Under the pieces are notes generated by a model that worked only from the letters and a program-made list of their open reading frames with translations, was not told the DNA's origin and ran no database searches. Positions 11,941-25,599 of a stretch of 64,000 bases of DNA are shown in pieces. The position numbers and the translations under genes are program-made. Origin of the DNA: Octopus sinensis (Eukaryota); contig NC_043000.1 in NCBI RefSeq assembly GCF_006345805.1, positions 96,968,001 through 97,032,000 on the forward strand, read 5' to 3'. The stretch's first letter is position 1. Each line of letters opens with the position of its first letter.

Positions 11941-12550
11941 AATTCAAATATTCAATAAATTTCACAATAATAAAAAAAAAAAAAAATTTGAAAGGTTCGA
12001 TGAATTTCACAATGGTAGTCTCTCTTTGAGAGCTCGGTGGGTTTCAAAACAATAACTCATATCAACAATTAGATACGATGAAGTTTTAAAAAAGTAAGAA
12101 GAAAAAGACAGAAATCAAAATTTCTTATAACTTGTGTCGCAGTACGTGAAGGAAACTCCTTCATCGTTGGCTTTGCTGGTGAAGACGTTCAAATTTAAAC
12201 CAGTAACTTCTTCCTTGAAACTCACTAAATTCTCAGTTATATAGTAATTGCTGTTATGAGAGTCATCGAACATTTCAATTTTGTAACTTCTATTACTGTG
12301 AATATTATTGAATGTTTGAATGTGTATGAACCTTTGATTTTTAAAAAAAATGTTTCACCGACTTTTCCCCTATACCTTCAATTTCTTGTAAACTTTTTTT
12401 TAGTTTACTATTGAAAAACAACAAAAAAATAATAATAAAGAATGCTGAAATCGGTATACAATAGTAATTTTAATAAATTTGGCAAACAAATTTAAAACCT
12501 ACAATTCATTTTGAAACTCAGGTGCATTTGCCCCCCAAACCAACTGTCCT

Positions 12551-12636
<86 letters not shown>

Positions 12637-13016
12637 TAATAATAATAATAATAATAATATTAGGGAATAAATCCAAACTTATAAATAAAATTTATAAGTT
12701 TAATTTATTTAAATAATTTTAAATTTTTAACTTTTATATTTTTAAATTAATTTTATGTATTGGCTTATGTTTTTCACTGTTTGATTTGCCTAATAGTGGT
12801 TTTATCTCTAATTTGATACAATATATATATATATATATATGTATGTATGTGTATATATAGTTAGATATATATTTTTGATGTTATAGATTTAGATATAAAT
12901 ATACGTGTATATAAGTTTATACATTTACATGAGTAAATATGTAAGTTTGTATTCACACACGCACATATATAAATGCATTCACACACAAACATATTTATTC
13001 CTGCGTATATGTATTT

Positions 13017-13056
<40 letters not shown>

Positions 13057-13095
13057 TATATATATACATACATATATATATACTCTCTCTCTTTC

Positions 13096-13126
<31 letters not shown>

Positions 13127-13989
13127 GGGGGGAGATCGGGAGAGAGAGAATTAGATACATATAAACACACACCCACATCAACAAATGCATTAATGCGTAC
13201 ATATCTAACTTAATATTTAATAGATACCGTGGAGAGAAGGTTTTATACATATTTCAAGATATATCTGTAATAAAGAGGTCTGCTGCAGATAGCTGTATGT
13301 CTATATATAGAATTCTAGCGGTATTATTCACAAATTTGGCTTGTTCAATACAGAGAAAGGCTGCACATTTAAACAACGTAAAACGTATTAGAATATTTAG
13401 ATAGACAGCAGCTATGCTAAACGTGACGTTGACAATGCTTAACCATTATTTTACAGTTACTATCCCTCCAAAATTTGAATATGACATGACTACTATACGG
13501 GTAGCAGTGGAGAGGAGAATTTCACATCTCAACCACGACGTTCCAGTTTCTGTCAAACTGCATGGCGTCGCGACCACGCGCCTTTTACTAGTCTGCTGTG
13601 ATCTGATGCTGGTAGAACTAGAAGAAAGATCCAATCGAATATATATGTATATTTATTAATTTTTGCTAGGAAAATGTTGACTGTGATATCGACGTTTTGG
13701 TTTGCAAAAATAAAATGTATAACCCTATTAAAATGTATTCGGTAATTCCTAATTTTAATGTAAAACTGTTTTCATGAATAACTTGAAATAAAATCTAACA
13801 CAAGCGTGCTCGCGCGCGCACACACACACACACACACATATATGGGAAAGGGGTGTGTTTATGTTTAAATTTGTGAACGAATAAAGTATTCGATGGCCAC
13901 TGTATATCTTGCTTTTGTTACAAGAAACGAAGACTCACTCTCCATTCGGATTTTCGCGTGATACGCTCGTTCAGAACGTATGGAATATA

Positions 13990-14213
13990 TATCTTTTACT
14001 TGTTTCAGTTATTAGACTGCGACCATGTTGGGGCACTGCCTTGAAGAATTTTTAGTCAAATGTATCGACTCCAGTGCTTACTTTTTTTGTAAAGCATGAT
14101 ACTTATTCTATCCGTCACTTAGCCGAACCGCTAAGTTACAGGGGACGTAAATACATTAACACCGGTTGTCAAACGGTGGGGAGGGGCAAACATAGGCACA
14201 AAGACATACGCAC

Positions 14214-14249
<36 letters not shown>

Positions 14250-14420
14250 ATACATACATACATACATACATACATGCATGCATAGAACGGGCTTCTTTCA
14301 GTTTCGGTCCGCCAAATCCACTCTACAAGGGTTTGGTAATGCCTAGGCTATAATAACAAAGACTTACTCAAGGTGCCACGCAGTTGGACTGAACTTGGAA
14401 CCATGTGTTTGGGAAGCAAA
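13990..14420 (-). mobile_element. tRNA-derived SINE, family B (GGCGCAGGCGTGGCTGTGTGG-type), with internal microsatellite
   Basis: Reverse complement of the family-B body seen at 34557 (CTTGCCCAAGGTGCC, CTATAGCCTCGG, GACTGAAACAAGTAAAAG tail). Confidence 0.8.
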
Positions 14421-14423
14421 TAT

Positions 14424-14462
<39 letters not shown>

Positions 14463-14657
14463 CGTGTATGAATATATGTATGTATGTATGTATGTATGCT
14501 AATATAGTTATAAGCTTCATCTTATAAGCGTTCACCGTATATTGGCTATAGAAAATAGTCTAATATTAGGCCATATAAGCTATCGACGGAAAAAAATAGA
14601 TAGGTACGCCTTGGAATTTAATTTCTTAATTTTGAAATGAGTACACTGACCGATTAC

Positions 14658-14708
<51 letters not shown>

Positions 14709-14924
14709 GGTAGTGATGGCATGTTGCCAATTTAATGTGGCAGTTCCATGAAAGGGAAGAATACTAATGCTATTAGCCCTAGGAAACACCGTTTCCAGTT
14801 GGCCACGATACATTTGCTGTGTCCTTATGTTTTCGAAGGGGAGATTAGCACCTCCACCAACCAAAGCCTAGTTTCAGAGTCATTGCTCGTCCTTAGTCTG
14901 GAGTAGCATGGCTTACTAGCTTGA

Positions 14925-16610
14925 TTTTTTATTACTGGCACAAGGCCTAAACACAGAGGGTACATACACAGACATGCGGGAACAAAAAACACATGAAAGG
15001 ATGAATGTGAAATGAATAAAATTACAATGCAAATGAGACGGCCATCTCACTCCCGCTGCGAGATGAAACCGTGGATTCCTTTTCCTTTAAACCTTTACAT
15101 TTTACATAACAATTTCTAGCATCGCTCCGAGGCGAAACCGCGACTTCCCTTTTCGCTTTTACCTTACAATTATAAACTTTTTAAACAAATGTTCATACCT
15201 GCTTTACTTGTTTTCTTTTCCTTTTTTAAAACTAAAAAGTTCAACCAAATGTTTTTCACAGTTTCTAATTAAATTATGACTTACCACTTCATCCACCTTC
15301 GGCCTCAATGGGTTTAGTTTCTCACGATGTCCTTCAATTTTGCAGTCTTTTAAGTTGGGGTGTCCTACATCTCACTATAATTTTTCTTTTTGTTTGTGTT
15401 TTTCATTGTTGTCTCTTTTTGTCTCTATATTTCTGCTGTTTTTGGATTTCTTGTGATTGTATCTGTGTGTCTGCGTGTTCGTGTATTTGTGTGCCTGTGT
15501 GTTCGTTTGACTGTAATTCTACGTGTTTCGTCTGTGTGTCTATGTCTTTAGGTTTCCGTAATTCTGGGTTGTCTTGATTCTAGTCTGAATAACTCTGTAC
15601 TTGTAAGTCCTTTACTAGTAATTCTACTGGTAAATTTTCTCCGTTTCTCGTCGTGGGTAGGGTTTCTCTTCCATTGCTTTACACTTCTTAATTCCACTGT
15701 CGTCGGTAACTTCCTTCTCTCTCTTTTTCTGAGTTTCACCTCCGCAAAATTCCCGTCTTGTTCTGTTTTTTGTTTCTGCTTTTTGTCTACCATTATATCT
15801 TGCTGAACACTCCCCTCTACCATTTCTACTGCAGCTCTAGGGCATTTCCTTCTCAAGTGCCGTCTTTCACCACATCCATAACACTTTGGGGGTCTCCCCC
15901 ACCCCAACAACATTATTTCCAGCTTTTCTCCATTTGGTAGTTCCAATGTTTCCGCCATTTCGTCGTAATATTCCGGGCTCACTGCGCAGATTATTTCTAG
16001 ACCATAGCCCACTCATTTCACTTGTGTTTGGCTTATCATTCCGATCCTCAGGTCTTTCCATTGTTCCTCAGCTCTAAATTAATAATTGCGGCTCTTACCC
16101 ATTTTGGGTCTATCGACACTGGGATTCTTCCCGCCCTAATCCTAACGATTCTTTTGCCCAAACAGTTTGGCATCAACGTCAATTTCTCTCCCTGTAACAG
16201 CCTGTTGTCAGACTTTTCGCCTCCTCTTTTGATACAAAGGTTACTGCTATAGTCGCAAATTTCTTTCCTCTTGTAAAAAAAAGTTATCCTTTCCCTATTT
16301 GGTCCTCCAAGATTTCCTCTATCTCTTCCTGCGGCGCGTGTTTTTATTCTCCTATTTACATTCGAAAATGTTCTGAATATGCCCGTCTTGCTTTCCATTT
16401 TTCTTTTTTCCTCCTCTGGCAGGGTCATTTTCATATTTGACCCTTCTTTCTTTATCATACCATAATATTTGGTTATCTTTTCCTCATTCCACTCCATCAT
16501 CTCCGGCTTCAGCACACGTGGGTCCAGGGGAATTCAACCTCCAGTAGCCTCTGCATAACTTTTCATTTTGTCAATTATTTCACTACCACCCAACAATGGT
16601 GGCTTCAAAC
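14925..16610 (-). mobile_element. Tx1/L1-like non-LTR element retaining only a gag-like ORF1 and a 3' tail
   Basis: Frameshifted ORFs 16048-16515 and 15548-16012 with a perfect CX2CX4HX4C knuckle (CYGCGERRHLRRKC). The motif ELPNG..GR.PKC is shared with ORF1 of the 25.6 kb element. AATAAA-like A-rich end. Confidence 0.7.
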
Positions 16611-16660
16611 AAAAATCAGCAAGAATTCTTCCAAAAAAAAAAAAAAGTGGGGGGCGTGGC

Positions 16661-17047
16661 TTGCTAGCTGTCGATGCTTTGAAACTATATAGATTTCAAG
16701 TGAAATACATTCACTGATTTCGAAAATAGAAATATTACATTTCTAAATCTCCCAGTGAGATTTATAGAATAGCAGCACGATAAAGTGATGGTATGTTGCC
16801 AACTTAATGCTATTTAGCCCTAGGAAACACTGCTTCCAGTTGGCTATGACACATTTTCTGTAGCATTCTTCCTTTTCATGGGACTGCCACATTAAGTTGG
16901 CAGCATACCATCACTTTATCGTGCTGCTACTCTATAAATCTCTCTGAGAGATTTAGAAATGCAATATTTTTATTTTCGAAATCAGAGAAGGTATTTCGCT
17001 TGAAATCTATATGATTTCAAAAGCGAATAAGCATCGACTGCTAGCAA
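16661..17047. repeat. Inverted repeat with ~150 bp arms and an 80 bp spacer
   Basis: 16661-16809 is the reverse complement of 16890-17047 at high identity. Confidence 0.9.
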
Positions 17048-17578
17048 CAATATATAAAGCCATCCGAAAAAAAAAGACTGTCCTGGGATATAGAGAATCC
17101 TTCTGTTATTGAGTACATACATAAACATTAACGCGAGGAATATTGATGGAACATTCCCATCGTACGTATCTTCAGTCAAATGTAAAGTAGGTTGTATATA
17201 GTTGTTTTGGACAAAGAAATATGTACATTCGTAGAGGTCAGCTACTCTACTGATGTGAAAATTTCTTAGAAAATCAAAGATTAAAAAGAAACTTTCAAAT
17301 TGTTATAAATTCATATTAACACCAATGATAATTGGTGCACTTGATTTCGTTTGTCAATTCCTAAGTGACAATCTGGAAAGGCTTAGGTTTCCAGAAAAAA
17401 AATCAAATGCCTGATATGCACATTAAAAATACAATCCGTAAGTGGAACAGTAAAAATATACAAGATTTTATTGAATTTTATCATGTGACATTGTTTCTGA
17501 TATCAACATCCAAATGATGGAGGACACACATTCTTGTGTACATACATACATATATACATACATACATACATACATACA

Positions 17579-17612
<34 letters not shown>

Positions 17613-18358
17613 CGCTATTATATATTTGTCAATTCTGTTGGTTGGGATAGAAACGTCGCCATTTTCGAAGTGTTGGCGTTGTTATTGTTGTTGATGGTGT
17701 TACTACTTTTGTTCCTGGCTGAGATCTGTTCGAGCAGTCCTAGATTGATAAGGCTATTTTAGTCTTATTTCAAACATAGTATGTATGTGTGTGTGTGTGT
17801 ATGCATATATATATGCTTGTATATATGTATATATGTATGCTTGTATGTATGTATCTATGTATATTTTTTAATGCATGCGTGCATATATATTTATATATAG
17901 CTATATACATACTTATACACCTATGTATGTATATACAGGTAGAAAGAAAGAAAGAAAGATAGATAGATATAAATAAGAGTGTGCATGTGTATATATGTGT
18001 GTGCGTATATGGTTACAATGAAATTTCAATACGCTCTCGTTCACACTAGAACGCGATGAAACAACAAAAGCTTGATTAGCAATTAATACGTTTTGTTTAA
18101 ATTGCAATTAATTATAATCTTGGCAAAAATGTACCTAAGATGTACCCAATTACATGATAATGCGTACGCAATATTTAAGCGATGTCATCTTTCCTTGATT
18201 GGATATATTCATTTAGAATATGGTGATATGAGAAAGGAATCTATATTACAATGCTAAAAGACTCCAAGTAGACGCCATAGAATAATTTCACTATTTTCTA
18301 CAATCAGCACTTTTCCTTTGATTAAATTATGACATCGCTAAGATAGGGTTGTTACATA

Positions 18359-18572
18359 TTGGTTTCAAATTTTGGCACAAGGCCAGCAATTTTGGGGAAG
18401 GAGTTGAGTCGATTACATCACTCCCATCCTCAACTAGTAATTATTTTATCAACCTCGAAAGGATGAAAGGCGAAGTCGACCTCGGTCGAATTTGAACTCA
18501 GAACGTAAAGATGGACGGAATGCTGCTAAACATTTTCCCCAGCATGTTAACGATTCTAAGTTTCGCCGTCTT
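18359..18572 (-). mobile_element. tRNA-derived SINE, family A (GGCGGCGAGCTGGCAGAATCGTTAGC-type)
   Basis: GTCGACCTCGG..GAATTTGAACTCAGAACG core; TTTTGGCACAAGGCC tail. Confidence 0.8.
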
Positions 18573-19116
18573 AGGATTGTTTTATATTCACAGGTAAAAT
18601 ACTGTGTTATCGAATCTATGATTTCCTATCCATCAATGACTTATTGATAAACAATCCTTGCAGTCTACCGAGACTTTATACACTGGAATCTCTTAAACAA
18701 TTGCGACTCAATTTGTTAAAATTAGCAGCCAAATATTCTTCAAATATTTTAACAATACATATTATGGTAATATTGTCCGGTGTAAACTACACTTGAAAAC
18801 ATACGGGATGGCAATGTCTGGAATGATTTCCATCATACATCTGTTTGAACAGATCCAGTAAAGGCTAAAAAAAATAGCAAAAAGTGGAATCAGCATAGCT
18901 AGTCAAGAAGAATAAAGGTATATATTTGTGTTTGTTTTTCTGTTTGTTCCCAAAGGACTTCGTTGCCAGCTGTCGTCGCTTCAAGGCGTTTCGTAATGTC
19001 AGTAGTTTTTTTCAAAATACCCTTAAAATGCCAATCCAAGGAATTACTCCGGGTATATAACGACCTTTGATCACTGGTCTGCTCGTTCAGAACTGACTTG
19101 GAGCTAAAGAAGGAGC

Positions 19117-19350
19117 GGAGGCACGTGGCTTAGTGGCTAGGGTGTTGAACTTATGATCGTAAGATTGTGGTTTCGATTCCTGGACCTGGCGACGCGTTGT
19201 GTTCTTGGGCAAAACACTTCACTTCACGTTGCTCCACTCAGCTGGCAAAAATGAGTAATCCTGCGACGGACCGGTGTCCCGTCCAAGTGGGAAATTTATA
19301 CACCCTGAAACCGGTAAACCGGTCCTTATGAGGCATGACTTGAGAAAGTA
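19117..19350 (+). mobile_element. tRNA-derived SINE, family C
   Basis: GGAGGCACGTGGCTTAGTGG A box, TTTCGATTCC B box, GTTCTTGGGCAAAACACTT core. Confidence 0.8.
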
Positions 19351-19559
19351 ACTTTAACTTTTAGGGCTAAACAGTAGCTAAATTTCTCTCAAATCAAACA
19401 ACTCCGTTTAAGAAAAAAGAAAGAAAAAAATAATGAGAAGGGCATTTCAGAATACTTATAGATACAGTTTCAGAAACTTCTACAAAGATGGGATAGTCAC
19501 GGCTAGAATGCCTTTTATCAAAGGTCTGTTTAAGGCTGAGGTGGGGTTAAATAATAATA

Positions 19560-19770
19560 GTTTCAAATTTTGGCACAAGGCCAGCAAGTTTGGAGAAGGG
19601 ATAAGTCGATTACATCGACCCCAATGTTCAACTGGTACTTATTTTATCGACCTCGAAAGGATGAAAAGGCAAAGACGACCTCGGCGGAATTTGAACTCAG
19701 AACGTAAAGACGAACGAAATGCCGTTAAGAAAATTTCCCGGTGTGCAAACGATTTTGCCAGTTCACCGCC
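19560..19770 (-). mobile_element. SINE family A
   Basis: Same core as the 18359 copy. Confidence 0.82.
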
Positions 19771-19849
19771 TTAAGGTTAAATAATAATAACAACAACAAA
19801 TTCTCAGATATATACACATCAGATGTACACTCGTGTTAGCACAGTTTAT

Positions 19850-20200
19850 TTATCAATACATAGGTAAATACTTTTATTATCACAATTTAATAACAAGGAA
19901 ACAAAGAAACAGAAAAGAAAAAAGTGCGGGGAGGGATTAATCAGCAGAAGGAATAGGAAGAGGGAGCAACAAGCCGCACTTCCCTGAATAAATGGGGTGT
20001 TCAGCTGCGCCCCGCGGTAATGATTGCGATGGCGTTGCCGCAGAGAATAGCCAGCGACGCTTGCTGCAACACCCCGCACCAGGAAGGGCTAATTTCTCAG
20101 ACGGGGACGCCGTTATCCCGATTTTGCGGATGAAAACGGTAATAAGTGGTCCAAGAGCATTTGAGGTTTGAACGGCGACCGACACATATTAATAGCGGCC
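19850..20200 (-). mobile_element. 3' end of a restriction-like-endonuclease LINE (CRE-like)
   Basis: Frameshifted translation YVSVAVQTSNALGPLITVFIRKIG...LQQASLAILCGNAIAI resembles the C-terminal PxAxET.GxLGP...QRxSxAxxRGNA motif. Confidence 0.55.
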
Positions 20201-21858
20201 GCTCAGACCCCTATTGACTAATGACAAAGACGTTACCTTTTAAGGTGTGAAGGAACCAGGAAGTTATACCTTTTTTAATTGAGCAGATATACGCCTTCTT
20301 TTGTCTTTTACCTTTTATCTGTTTCAGTCATTAGACTGCGGCCATGATGGGCAGCACCTTAGTCGAACGAATCGACCTCATTACTTATTTTACTTTAAAT
20401 CTGGTACTTATTCTATCGTTGTCTTTTGCCGAACCGCGAGGTTACGAGGGACGTCTACATACTTCTGTATTTTTATACAGCCTACTAGCTTACAACCATT
20501 GACTCATCACTGCTAGTGAACTTTAGACTAGTTAGGAAAGTGGGTGGTACTACAATATAGTAAGCAATAAAATATCATCTGAGAAAAAAAATCAACTTTT
20601 ATTTAATACCTAAAGTAAAGCAATAAAACAAACACAAAAAAACACATTAAACTAGTCATTTATTAAAACTTTTCCTGTAACTAATTTCCTGTGACTTTTT
20701 TCTGTGACATTCTTTCCTGTGATCTCACTCTTTGATTTTTACGTGATTATTTTATGTGATATTTTTCTGTGATTTTTTTTTTCTAACCTTTTCCTGGATT
20801 TAAAATCTAACTGGAGTACGAAAAACAACATTGGTTCAATAATTAATATTATTTTAATCAGCTGAACTAATATTGCCTTTTCCTCAACATGCAAGAATTG
20901 TTAATCAATTGAATTTTCAATGCTTCTTACATCAGGCATGGCTCTCTGGTTAAGAAGCTCGCTTTGCAGCCATGTGACTTTGGGTTCAGCCCACAGTGCG
21001 ACACTAGCATCTTTTACTATAGCCTCGGGTCGACTAATATCTTGTGAATGAATTTGATGGACAGAAACTGTGTGGAATCCTGTAGTATACACAATAATTC
21101 AAGGGCCTAGACTTTCGTATTAAGTTTTATTTTGTTTTAAGTGTAAGCTTGTCCTGATATATTTGGTGTTTAAACAACTTAAAGTGAAAAACGGAAGGCG
21201 CCCTGAACGGGTAGTCCGTTGCAGGGTTAATTCTCCAACTGTAACTCTCGATGGTGATTCTTTATTTCCAACTGTAACTCTCGATGGACTAAGTATCAAA
21301 GAAGGAAGTGCTTTGTATAATATCGAGGTATGTGAGGATGGTAGGGAGAAAACCTGGGAAACGAAGAGAAGAGGAGAATTATGATCGAGAGAGAAAAAGA
21401 GGATAAATTATCTCTCTCTCGCTTTCTTTCTCACTCTTTCTCTCTTACTCTCTCTCTTTCTTTCTCTCTCTTTCTCTCTCTCTCTCATTCTCTGTCTAGC
21501 TCTGCCCCCCCATACATACACACATATGTATGTATAAAGAGAGGAGGGGAGGGGAGGAGAAGAAGAAGAGAAGAAGATATATTTCACCAGCATATAATAA
21601 ACCAAGGTAGAGGTTTAAAGCTTCGTTGTGAATGAAAAGCATAATGAATTTATGGAAATCTAGTCATACCAGTGTTCACATCCATATAATTTCCTATTCA
21701 ATTATTATTTTTTTCTCCAGAATGTAATAGCTTTTGTCACTGTTATTATTATCGCTTTTGTTGCTGTTGTTGTAGTTATATTTAGCCCTAGGCCGCCCAC
21801 AAGTAAGCTGATAAAGGTCGTTCAATTGCTACTTTTTGTTTTGTATTTTTCTCTTTTG

Positions 21859-22110
21859 GGCGCAGGCGTGGCTGTGTGGTAAGGAGCTTGCTTCCCAACC
21901 ACATGCTTCCGGGTTCAGTCCCACTGCGTAGCACGTTGAGCAGGTGTGTTCTACTATGGCCTCGGGCCGACCAAAGCCTTGTGAGTCGAAACTGAAAGAG
22001 GTCCGTCGTATATATATATATATTTGTGTGCCTGTGTTTGTCCCCACCACCATCGTTTGACAATCGATGTTGGTGTGTTTACGTCCCCGTAACTTAGTGG
22101 TTCGGCAAAA
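21859..22110 (+). mobile_element. SINE family B
   Basis: GGCGCAGGCGTGGCTGTGTGGTAAG head, GGTTCAGTCC B box. Confidence 0.85.
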
Positions 22111-22810
22111 TAATTAATGACTACATTATTCAATGCAGTAAAGCCATCTTAAGGCAGTTGTCCTGAGGTAGGGAGTCCAATACTAACCTACGTACGCATT
22201 GGTTATATATGTAGAAGGCCCTATATTTTCCCATACCACGACGCCTGTAATGATTTTAAAACAGCTCTGATCCAACGTTATTTGGGAGAGGTTTGGTTGC
22301 TATTTCTAGCGACCACATAGAGTTCCATTGTTGGCTCGTAATATTTCTTATTGTTTATTTTAAGTGAAACATCATATTTCATGGTTTTACATCCGGGATA
22401 ATAAGAGAAAATTTTTCCAATTTATGCAAACACTACAACAAAGACAGCTAATCAAATAAAGACTAAGATTTACTGTAAACATTCTCAGCACATAGAACAT
22501 AAACGCACATATACACATAGATAACCATGTAAATATATGCTCACATACATATATAGGCTTATACATGAATATGCTCATACACTTACAAAGCACATACGCA
22601 TATACACAAATATATATTGACACATACGTATATACACAAATATATATTGACACATACGTATATACACAAATACATATTGACACATAGGCATACACACGTA
22701 TGCATACGTATGCATGCTTGTAAGTATATCAATGCACACAAATACATCATATAAGGAAGTGAGCAGATACATATACATACATATATAAATGTATATATAT
22801 ATGTGTGTGC

Positions 22811-22866
<56 letters not shown>

Positions 22867-22923
22867 GTATGAGCATATGTATGCATATGTGTCTATGTGT
22901 ATATGTGTGTGTACGTGCGTGAG

Positions 22924-22991
<68 letters not shown>

Positions 22992-23199
22992 ATGTGTTAG
23001 GGTGCACGTGCAATCACACTTATATGTGAGGGAGAGAGAGAGAGAGAATGAGTGTGAGTGAGAGTGAGAGATGATAGAGAGAAACATCCTCATCCAGAAT
23101 CATACCTTACTGACGTACATTCACACGCAAGCACATATAGGTATACACATGCGCAGAGACGCTAGCACAATGGAACAAACATACACACATACACACACT

Positions 23200-23238
<39 letters not shown>

Positions 23239-24995
23239 GTACACACACACACACACACACGCACGCGCGCACACACACACACAGACACACAGACACACGC
23301 ACACGCGCAGACACGTACACACACGCACATGCGCATACACATACATGCACCTTCGAGCATATTTCGCATTTTCGACTATGGACAAAGTTCACAGGAGATA
23401 TTCGCTTGAAAATAAACTGTTTAACTTTGTTGTTTTGTTTCTTGTGCTTCGTTTGTGTTATCTTTGTAAACAAAATCTTGGTTTTAGCTGCAGAGATACG
23501 GGGAAAGAGGGGAGTGTTATAGAGAGAATCTTCCTTCCTCTCTTCTTTCCTCCCTTTCTTCCCCCCTCCTCCTTTGCCTCCTCTCTTCTTCTTTGCAACA
23601 AAGATATTCGAAGGATTTCGCAATATGTAAATATCATGCTTAACTAACACGTATGTAACCCGCTCATTTGTAACACACAAGCTATTGTCTTCAAAAACGT
23701 CAAAAATAAAAATGAAAAAAAAAAAAAATAAATAAATAAAGGAAGGAAGTAAGAATTCCTTTGGATATTGTAGTCCTTGATATACTTGGAATTAAGTTTA
23801 AGAATAAAAGGCAGGACGAAACGGGATGGGATGCTTGATAACAAATGGAACACGTCTGTTTGAACAAGGCTCATTTCGAGTCACTACTACTACCACTACT
23901 ACTACTGCTGCTGTTGCCGTTGTCGCCGCTGGATATACCTTTCTACACGAGCAAAAAAGGACTGTCTGCGCGGGCCCTCGACCTGTAAGAAATAGAAACT
24001 AAACCTTCCTCAAATTTCAGTCCCACCGTCTTAAAAAAAAAAAAAAAAAAACAGAAAGAAAAAACGGATGGATTCTTCTCATATACAATATAGTTGAAGA
24101 AATAAAATTAGCAAAAGAAAAGAAATAAGCTGACGGATAGTATGCCTTTGAAAATATGTCTCTTCAATAACAGCAGACTCGAAGCTAAACAACAGTAGCA
24201 TACATTCATTGTTGTTGATTTGTTTCTTAAAGCTATATCGTTAAACAGACAACTGAAGACTCAACATAAATATTAGTTTCTTTTCATATATAATCCCCTA
24301 TCTTTTTTTTTTTTCTGTTCGGCTGTTCGGTACAATTCCTTAATACTAGATGTAAACTGATGACTAAGCTGAATACAAGAAAACTAGTCACAAGGGAAGA
24401 AAAAAATTCACAGGAAAATTTCAATAAATGGTACTTATATTTTTCATTTTTTAAAGATATCGAATAAACGTGATTTTTGCCAACATTTATGTAATTCCAT
24501 TGTATGACTGTGTTGTCATTGTGAACAAGTCACACATTGCCAGTTATTAACAGGCTTAGAATATTATTTGTTTAATTATTTTAACTATTGTTTGTGATGC
24601 TTAAATTATAAGTGGCATTTTTTCCTTGTGCTTTTTGTTTTCCTAGTTCAAAAAATGTAGCACTTATTTCTTGTGACAATATTTCCTCTCACCGACGCCA
24701 ATAAAACGACAATTTTTTCCCTTTTTCTTCAATATTTTCCTTTAACATATTAACCTAACATAATGTGGTAGATAGCAGAAACAACAGAGCATCGAACAAA
24801 ATACATTATGGAGTTCAAAAATGTCTCTTTACATATTGATTTTCAAGTCCCACCAAGATTAATATTGGCTCTCATCCTTCTGAAATTGTTAAAAATGTAG
24901 CAAATAAGTAGATGTATCGATTTAATCAACTAAACTTACCAGCAAATCTAAGACCATGTGCCAATATTAGACATTAATATATATGATTAAGATAA

Positions 24996-25190
24996 GGTGT
25001 GAGCTGGCAGAATCGTTAGCACGCCGGACAAAATGCTTAGTGGCATTTCGCCTTTCTTTATGCTCTGAATTCAAATTCCACAGAGGTCAGCTTTGCCTTT
25101 CATCCTTTCGGGGTCGATAAAATAAGTACAAGTTGATGTAATCGACTTTGCCCTTACCCGAACTTTCTGACCTTGTGTGAAAATTTGAAT
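24996..25190 (+). mobile_element. SINE family A
   Basis: GAGCTGGCAGAATCGTTAGCACGCC head and family core. Confidence 0.8.
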
Positions 25191-25599
25191 CCCATGTATA
25201 TAAATAAAATGACAAAACAATTATAACTATGACACACTATAAATACGGAGCTCATTAAAAGAGACCCAACGAGCTTATGCTTTGTCCATTTGATAAAAGT
25301 AGATGCTTATGGGATACATTAAGTGATGATTTCGATCCCCGACATCTAATACTACGGTTGGTGATGTGGCTACCGCGGCCTTGACTGCTCGGAACAAGTG
25401 ATAGAAGAGTCGCTAATTGCAGGTGAACTACAATCTTATACCGTGGAAATTGAAACGTCTGAAGGAGTTGATTCTTGTTCTTGACTTCTTTAACATCTAG
25501 TCTAACGTAAAATACCCAATGAAGCTCATAAAAGCTCAAGATTGTTCAAGCATCTAACCTTCGCGCTCATTTACACTAATGGTAAGGTAGTCTTCAGTT

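Noticed and set aside
22591-22690. 30-bp x3 minisatellite, and a 33-bp tandem duplication at 21234-21290
   Set aside because: Ordinary slippage products; nothing suggests function.
24350-24400. CTGATGA...GAAAACTAGTC
   Set aside because: Helix II does not pair and stem I is absent.
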